From: Escherichia phage EP01
Sequence record: OM135583.1
Length of the DNA stretch: 64,000 nt
Direction: 5' to 3' (one strand)
Part shown: positions 58,060 to 64,000 of the stretch, piece after piece
Numbering within the stretch: the stretch's first letter is position 1
How the letters are laid out: every line of letters starts with the position of its first letter
Program-made: the position numbers and the translations under genes
The notes under the pieces: generated by a model
Databases searched by the model: none
What the model was told of the DNA's origin: nothing
The model's input: only the letters and a program-made list of their open reading frames with translations

Positions 58060-60153
58060 TTATCCTTGAACGAACTTGTAAGGCATGTTTGTAATATCTA
58101 TGCAAGACGCAATAATTCCGAGAGATGATTCTGCTTTCTGTTTAACATTTGATGAAACAAATGATGCAAAGTCAACTCTGTCTTCTATTTCAATATCACC
58201 TGTCATTGCAACTACTTCACCGGTTTCCATTAGACGGTCACCGTCATAAATGACTGATTCGGTGAGTTCTTCCGTAGTCATAACTTCAGCTTGAATGAGT
58301 TTTGTGTTATTAGATGTTGTTCCGTCATTATTAGAAGCATCAGTTATTTTATTAACTTTGACCATCAATCCGCGTGGTAGAATTACTTCAGCTTCTGTTG
58401 CTATTCCGAGACTCCCTGGATATACAACATTAACTTTATGAGCTCCATCAATTGCCCATCCTATTTGAACTTTAACGTATTCAGGATTTTCTTTATACGC
58501 TCTTATTTCGTTCGGATTAATAGTTATTCCTTCTTCATTTTTATCAACTGTTAATTCATTACGAGCTTCTGGTTCTAAAAGACCGATACCAGCATGTGTA
58601 ATTCCAAAACGTCCAAAAATGATAGGAGTTAAAGAAGTAGATACAAAATTTCTGAAATAGAACACTTTATTTTTAACTAGTGCTTCGTATATAGGAGCAG
58701 TCATACTTTGAGCACGATAAACTGTAATGCCTTCTGGTATACGGTCACCATTTTCAAAAGCTGAATCTAAATTATTTATCGCAGATTCAATTTCTTTTTC
58801 ACTCATTACATCATATCGTTCTGGATTGTAGCGGCCTAAAAGAAGATTATTGATGTCAGTATATCCTGATCCACAATATTCTCTAATGCCGCGCTTTTGC
58901 GATGGAGTATATTTAGAACCATCACGTGCAATGGTAATATCAATCATTGGACCTGCACCAATTCCAGAAAAGCTGTAAATCATTCTTTTGAGGAATTTAG
59001 TTTTTGCTGCGTTCCAGGAATTTTTAGTTATTTCTTCCCAGACTTCATCTGGCTGTCCTTTACGGGTTTTATTATGTTTATCAAGCCAAGTATCTTTATA
59101 TTCTTCAAAGAATTTATTAATAGCTGCTGCATACTTCTCTAAACATTTTATTGAAGTAGTTGGTTCATTTTTAATCGCATTAAGAATTACATCTTTAATT
59201 TTTTCAGAAACTTCATTAACCTCACTTTTTGAAAAGAATTTATAATCATAGTGAAGTTCATCTGCAGTTCCTTCGGCAATAATTTTTGCTGCTTTAGTTT
59301 TAGAAGCTAATGAATTAATTCCAAGTTTCATTTCTTCTGCTTCAGGAATTAAAGGAGCTGTAGCAGGTTTATTGAAATTAGCTGCGGTAGATTCATACTT
59401 CTGAAATAATTCATTTTCAAATCTAGAAGATTCTAATGATTGACTTTGCGCAATTGCTCTACGGGAAATTTTAACTTTAACGATTACAGCTTGGTCAGAA
59501 CGTTTATCATTTTCTTGCGCAATAGATGCTGCAATTGCCTCATTTTTAGTTACTTGGGCTCCAGTATCTTTATTGATATAAACATCGCCGACCTTCGATT
59601 CAACTTTAGTAAAGAGCTCGGTACTAATTTCCGGAACTCCTGGAATGTCTTCTAGTGATACATTTTTGCGATGTATAAGAATATATGCATACTTTTTATC
59701 GTAATCCCAGAGTTCCTTAAGAAGGACGTATCTGCCACCTGAACGACTACGGATAAGTCTATCAGCAATAACTTGAATTTGTCGAGCTTGGCCAGCAGTT
59801 TTAGACTTAAGAATACGAAGCATGCAGGCATCAATTTTATACTGACGCATCGTTTGCATCGCAACAGTAAAAACTGAATTGATGTAATTAATTGGGCTTG
59901 GACCGAGACCTTTCAATTTAGCAATTGAACCTTTAGCAGTTAATGTAAAAGGAACAATGTGCATCATTTTATCGCCCATCTTTAGATCACGGTTAGTATC
60001 ACCTCCAGATGTATAGGTACATAAACGAAAGCCTGGTTGTTCAATTGCGTCATCAACATGAACTGAAAAAATTTGCGGTATTTTCTTCTTTGGATTTAAG
60101 TTTGTAATCGGAAGAGTAGTATCTTCGTCAAATAATTCTGTAATGAGTTCCAT
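58060..60153 (-). CDS. alt: Alt ADP-ribosyltransferase (virion-packaged, injected)
   Basis: 697 aa from second Met; R-S-E motifs (VYRAQS, FVSTSL, TEAEVILPRG); TATAAATA late promoter about 20 nt upstream on the minus strand. Confidence 0.8.
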   Translation of the reverse strand: MELITELFDEDTTLPITNLNPKKKIPQIFSVHVDDAIEQPGFRLCTYTSGGDTNRDLKMGDKMMHIVPFTLTAKGSIAKLKGLGPSPINYINSVFTVAMQTMRQYKIDACMLRILKSKTAGQARQIQVIADRLIRSRSGGRYVLLKELWDYDKKYAYILIHRKNVSLEDIPGVPEISTELFTKVESKVGDVYINKDTGAQVTKNEAIAASIAQENDKRSDQAVIVKVKISRRAIAQSQSLESSRFENELFQKYESTAANFNKPATAPLIPEAEEMKLGINSLASKTKAAKIIAEGTADELHYDYKFFSKSEVNEVSEKIKDVILNAIKNEPTTSIKCLEKYAAAINKFFEEYKDTWLDKHNKTRKGQPDEVWEEITKNSWNAAKTKFLKRMIYSFSGIGAGPMIDITIARDGSKYTPSQKRGIREYCGSGYTDINNLLLGRYNPERYDVMSEKEIESAINNLDSAFENGDRIPEGITVYRAQSMTAPIYEALVKNKVFYFRNFVSTSLTPIIFGRFGITHAGIGLLEPEARNELTVDKNEEGITINPNEIRAYKENPEYVKVQIGWAIDGAHKVNVVYPGSLGIATEAEVILPRGLMVKVNKITDASNNDGTTSNNTKLIQAEVMTTEELTESVIYDGDRLMETGEVVAMTGDIEIEDRVDFASFVSSNVKQKAESSLGIIASCIDITNMPYKFVQG

Positions 60154-60176
60154 CATATCCTCTCTAGTGTTTATTC

Positions 60177-60184
60177 TATTTATA
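60177..60184 (-). promoter_or_regulatory. late promoter TATAAATA (alt)
   Basis: Plus-strand TATTTATA, about 20 nt upstream of alt ATG on minus strand. Confidence 0.65.
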
Positions 60185-60189
60185 AAATT

Positions 60190-60207
60190 AAAGGCCCGAA
60201 GGCCTTT
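60190..60207 (-). terminator. UUCG tetraloop hairpin between the 62-aa ORF and the alt promoter
   Basis: Plus-strand AAAGGCC-CGAA-GGCCTTT. Confidence 0.5.
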
Positions 60208-60394
60208 AATAATCTAATGGTAAGAGAGTACGATATATTTCAAACTTTGGACCTTTTTCATAGGCATCAAATGTTTCTGTGAATTTATTATAAGCATATG
60301 CATCTACAAATTCGAGAATGACTTGTGATACAGAAGTAGAAACATCTCCACCTTCTTTTTGAGCAATGACAATTGTTTCTAAGTAAGCTTTCAT
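60206..60394 (-). CDS. hypothetical small protein
   Basis: 62 aa ORF between gene 30 and alt; start overlaps gene 30 stop. Confidence 0.5.
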   Translation of the reverse strand: MKAYLETIVIAQKEGGDVSTSVSQVILEFVDAYAYNKFTETFDAYEKGPKFEIYRTLLPLDY

Positions 60395-61854
60395 AGACCA
60401 GTTACCTCATGAAAATCACCAAATACATCCTCGAATGTATTAGCTTTAGTTTTATCTTCACGTAAACGAATCGCAATCGGAAGAAATAATTTAACGTAAT
60501 CAGTGCGGCCATCAGATTTTAACCAACCGTTGCATTCGCACTCTAGAATTTTTCCAATATAATAATTTTGGTTTTCCATAATGCGAGTACGGTCAAGTTC
60601 ATGTGATTTTACACCGGCTTTATCTTTTAAGCCTGAACCAGCATTTACTTTAATTTTTCCACATTCTGATTCAAGAATAAATCCACCCGCTTTAGTAGGG
60701 TCTTTACGGTGAGGATAAATTCCTACAATTTTTAAATCAACATCAATTACTTCTTTAAATTTATAGAGATTTTTTGAACGAGCATTTTCCCACAATCCAT
60801 CGGTATTTTTGAGAATAATACCTTCAAGACCTTGGTCAATATATTTTTTATAAATTACCTTAGCTTCATCTAGGTTATTTACTACCTGGTTTTCAATTAA
60901 AATTACTTTATCATATACTGATGTCATTTGTTCTAGTTTAGAAAAACGTACATCATATTTTAAACGAAACGCCGGAAGACCGTATATTTCTACCAACGGG
61001 ACATAATCCCAGACCTGAAACTTCATGCATTGAGCTTCTTTTTCAGAAATGGTTCCTTTTAAGGATTTATTGGCGATTCCATTAGAAGTAGTACGAGATT
61101 CCGCTACTTCGGCGAATTCATTAGCTTTACTAATTTCAGGATAAGCATCAAAAAGAAAATCTAGGCCTTCTGGTTCCTTTTTAACTTGCTCATGGTATAC
61201 CAATTCACCATCGATTAACACACCTTCTGGATGAATCTGGCGGGCTTCAGCAGTCATTTTGATTAACTCTTCCTTAAGAAGATCTAATCCTAGATATTCA
61301 TTACCAGCTCGTGATAAAAGACGAACATCATCTAATTCATCTCCTCGGACTTCAGCAAAACACCGAGCTCCATCTGCTTTTAACTGCGCAAAAGCTGGAA
61401 ACTTGATATTCTTACTAATGCCTTTTTCATCATAAGAACTTGCCAGCATTTGAGGTTGTTCAGGAATTAAACCTGGCCAAACTTTGTTTGCAATAGATAC
61501 TGAAGCACCGCATTCAAGGTCTCGCATCATCACTCGACGTAAAACTTCAACATCATCCTTTTTACCATCAGTGATATATCCAGTTAATTCCTCAATTGCT
61601 GCATTTCCAGTCAATTTCCGAGTAGCTAACGTGAATTCAATGAAGTCAAGCATATCGGTAATAGTCAGCATTCCAAAACTCTGGGTAGCAATACCAGGTT
61701 TAGGCCATTTCTTGATATAATACTGTAACCCACGAGAATAAGTCAGACGATATACTCGTTTAAGCAATTCATTATTTTTATTCTTTTCAAGAATTGCTTG
61801 CTTCTGTTTAGTTGATCCAATAGATGCTATTTCATTCAGAATTTTAAGAATCAT
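60391..61854 (-). CDS. 30: ATP-dependent DNA ligase gp30
   Basis: 487 aa; adenylation motif KADG (FAQLKADGARCF); matches my recollection of T4 DNA ligase. Confidence 0.97.
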   Translation of the reverse strand: MILKILNEIASIGSTKQKQAILEKNKNNELLKRVYRLTYSRGLQYYIKKWPKPGIATQSFGMLTITDMLDFIEFTLATRKLTGNAAIEELTGYITDGKKDDVEVLRRVMMRDLECGASVSIANKVWPGLIPEQPQMLASSYDEKGISKNIKFPAFAQLKADGARCFAEVRGDELDDVRLLSRAGNEYLGLDLLKEELIKMTAEARQIHPEGVLIDGELVYHEQVKKEPEGLDFLFDAYPEISKANEFAEVAESRTTSNGIANKSLKGTISEKEAQCMKFQVWDYVPLVEIYGLPAFRLKYDVRFSKLEQMTSVYDKVILIENQVVNNLDEAKVIYKKYIDQGLEGIILKNTDGLWENARSKNLYKFKEVIDVDLKIVGIYPHRKDPTKAGGFILESECGKIKVNAGSGLKDKAGVKSHELDRTRIMENQNYYIGKILECECNGWLKSDGRTDYVKLFLPIAIRLREDKTKANTFEDVFGDFHEVTGL

Positions 61855-62120
61855 TGTTCATCCTTCAGAGTTTGATTTACATCTCTATTATAAATCAATT
61901 CATCATTAAGCTCAGGCAAAGACTTATGATATGTCGTTCTAACTTTATTTCCTTGCATCCAGTGCTTGACGTAAATGAAACCTTGCTCTACACATTTTTT
62001 AAAAATTCGTTCATCCTTTTGAGCACGGAACTCTGGATTGCATCTAAAAAATTGATTTACGTGACCATAATCACGTGTAGTATTACCTTCATTTTCATAA
62101 ATAGTATGAACAACAAACAT
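61851..62120 (-). CDS. hypothetical protein (T4 30.1 position)
   Basis: 89 aa; start overlaps upstream stop. Confidence 0.6.
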   Translation of the reverse strand: MFVVHTIYENEGNTTRDYGHVNQFFRCNPEFRAQKDERIFKKCVEQGFIYVKHWMQGNKVRTTYHKSLPELNDELIYNRDVNQTLKDEQ

Positions 62121-62959
62121 TAGAATGCTCCTTGAAAAATATTATCACCACTAGTAGGTCTATTATACAAATACTCTATGCCACCAGGTTTAATATAGTT
62201 CCATGTCTGAAACGGATGTGTCTGATATGGATGATATAGATGATTATAAGGATTTAATCCAGGCGTTCTCCAGGTAGTGTTCCAAGGAAAAGAATCGTTT
62301 TTAACCATCTTCTCAATTAAATCTTTTATAGCTTTTTCACTATCAAAACTTTCTTTATTTTCCTTCGGCGAAAAAAGCTTATTTTCTACATCATTCCATG
62401 TATAAACTCGCTGCGCAGTTTTTGGAATATTGTCACGCTCTCCTCGAGCCATCCAATAAACTGGAACATTTAATATTTCACTCGCATGATCGCAGTGATG
62501 AGCGAGATCGTCAATATAACAAATTACGTTATATTTCTCTTTTGCCTTTTTGAACAGCTCTTCTTTTGAAGAATCATGACCACACATCATTACTTCTGAG
62601 AAGGCACCAGGAAAAAGAGCGTTCAAATTAAATTGACGATTCAACAGAGCGTCAATAGAATCACCCAATGCTGTAACAGCTACAAAATTATAATCTTCTT
62701 TTAATTTGTTAATTACACACAGGGCATCTTTATACGGAGACAAGTAACGAATAAAATCTGAACGATTGTATTTTTCAATTAACTTGACGCCAAGTTCTTC
62801 GTCACAATTAAAGAGTTTACCTGGAGAAATAAATTTCTCATCTTGGATCATTTTTAAAATATGTTCTAATGGAAGATTATATTTCTGAGCAAAATAAGGA
62901 AGGCCTGATTGCCAGCTTAAACATACTCCATCAATATCAGTCAAAATAGTTGGCTTCAT
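62120..62959 (-). CDS. HAD-superfamily phosphatase/nucleotidase-like protein (T4 30.2 position)
   Basis: 279 aa; HAD motif I ILTDIDGVCL at N-terminus. Confidence 0.7.
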   Translation of the reverse strand: MKPTILTDIDGVCLSWQSGLPYFAQKYNLPLEHILKMIQDEKFISPGKLFNCDEELGVKLIEKYNRSDFIRYLSPYKDALCVINKLKEDYNFVAVTALGDSIDALLNRQFNLNALFPGAFSEVMMCGHDSSKEELFKKAKEKYNVICYIDDLAHHCDHASEILNVPVYWMARGERDNIPKTAQRVYTWNDVENKLFSPKENKESFDSEKAIKDLIEKMVKNDSFPWNTTWRTPGLNPYNHLYHPYQTHPFQTWNYIKPGGIEYLYNRPTSGDNIFQGAF

Positions 62960-63420
62960 AGAGAGTCTCTTAATAGGTTTAACACATCAATAAATTCAGC
63001 TTCGGTTAGTATTGTATCATCTTTTGTTAGACCATTAGCCATGCTGTGCTTCAAAACTTTTCCTTTCGAGGCTTGTAATGCATCACGAAAACCCCTGTTT
63101 TGGATCGCTGCTTCAAAATATGCATTTGTGTATAATTCTTTCCATGCTTCGGAATATCTTGAAAACGGAGTTCCAAGCCAGAACAACGTGCCACGGTCCT
63201 GAGCTCTAGCATAAGACCTTCCAGCTTGTTGGGCGGCAAGCCCGGATAACCCAAATATACGTCTTTGCTGTTCAACATTTTTCACCTTACATCCTTGGAG
63301 GAATCCTTCGAGACCTCCAAATTGGATACCATCCATAACGAAAGGCCATTGGGCGAAATTGCTTAATGCACATGATGGCCATCTAAAATTGCTTCTTATC
63401 TCTAGCTCAGACATTTTCAA
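62956..63420 (-). CDS. NADAR / YbiA-like (DUF1768) protein (T4 30.3 position)
   Basis: 154 aa; resembles YbiA/NADAR-family N-glycosidases (WPSCALSNF, GIQF..LEGFLQ..K, E motifs); family assignment by eye. Confidence 0.6.
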   Translation of the reverse strand: MKMSELEIRSNFRWPSCALSNFAQWPFVMDGIQFGGLEGFLQGCKVKNVEQQRRIFGLSGLAAQQAGRSYARAQDRGTLFWLGTPFSRYSEAWKELYTNAYFEAAIQNRGFRDALQASKGKVLKHSMANGLTKDDTILTEAEFIDVLNLLRDSL

Positions 63421-63613
63421 TACTTATAATTTCAACATCAGCCCAATGACCATAGCAAGGAAGACGAAATTCAACTGGCCAGTTAGGGTCCTTTTCTAAT
63501 ATAATAGACTGAACTTGTGGCTCTTCATATTCATCGGTATACGGACCTTTATACGTTACTTTATATGTGACCTTAATGTACTGAATTCCAAAAATCTTAT
63601 TAATTATATTCAT
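63407..63613 (-). CDS. hypothetical small protein
   Basis: 68 aa; overlapping starts and stops in the 30.x operon. Confidence 0.5.
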   Translation of the reverse strand: MNIINKIFGIQYIKVTYKVTYKGPYTDEYEEPQVQSIILEKDPNWPVEFRLPCYGHWADVEIISIENV

Positions 63614-63807
63614 ACTAATTCCTTTAATCCGTAAATAGGAGATAATTCATCACCCATACGAAGGTCTTCATTTCCATCTACCCAAGAAACAATATAAGCT
63701 TCTTTTATTTGAACGTCTCTCCATTTAAATGCAGGCAAAACCTTAGAAATTAATCCAGGTATACCGACTCCCTTTAATTCAACAGTTTGACCTAAAAAGA
63801 ATTTCAT
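63610..63807 (-). CDS. hypothetical small protein
   Basis: 65 aa ORF. Confidence 0.5.
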   Translation of the reverse strand: MKFFLGQTVELKGVGIPGLISKVLPAFKWRDVQIKEAYIVSWVDGNEDLRMGDELSPIYGLKELV

Positions 63808-64000
63808 TAGAACCTCATCTGAAAACCGTGCGATTTAACATTACCGCCGTCAATATCAGAAATGTTAATTTCACGCGCAATTGAAGGGTCAATGTCAATT
63901 TCACGATTGAGTTTAGCGATAGCTAGAGTATCACGCCCATTTACAGTACGGAACTCTAAAGGGCAGACTGTATTAACATAGTTTTTAATCGATTCACTGG

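Overview
This 64-kb window is a contiguous segment of a T4-like (T-even) myovirus genome, gene-for-gene collinear with phage T4 as I recall it. Reading left to right: nudE (e.1) and a run of small early minus-strand genes; eight minus-strand tRNA genes in T4 order (Gln, Leu, Gly, Pro, Ser, Thr, Ile, then segB, then Arg) plus about 340 bp of non-coding DNA that probably encodes small stable RNAs; an internal-protein (IP) locus; 57B-57A-1-3-2-4 (minus); the late structural block 53-5-5.1-5.4-6-7-8-9-10-11-12-wac-13-14-15-16-17-18-19-20-67-68-21-22-23-24 (plus); rnlB-24.2-24.3-hoc-inh (minus); segE-uvsW-uvsW.1 (plus); uvsY-25-26 (minus); 51-27-28-29-48-54 (plus); two tandem Alt-family ADP-ribosyltransferase genes, DNA ligase (30) and 30.x genes (minus). 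Protein identities rest on lengths, conserved motifs read in the translations and synteny; no database search was possible. Early minus-strand genes sit behind sigma70-like promoters (TTTACA-N17-TACTAT) embedded in a repeated promoter/stem-loop cassette with at least seven copies; late genes carry TATAAATA late-promoter boxes, including two overlapping divergent pairs; stable tetraloop hairpins mark operon ends. I see no CRISPR array, integrase or transposase, and no unambiguous new system. The parts that do not match my memory of T4 are concentrated in accessory loci: an expanded array of capsid-targeted IP-like genes, a 93-aa early ORF where T4 has segD between 23 and 24, no homing-endonuclease gene between 5.1 and 5.4, a shorter Hoc, and two tandem Alt paralogs next to a NADAR-like gene. 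T4 comparator lengths are from memory and need checking against a reference.
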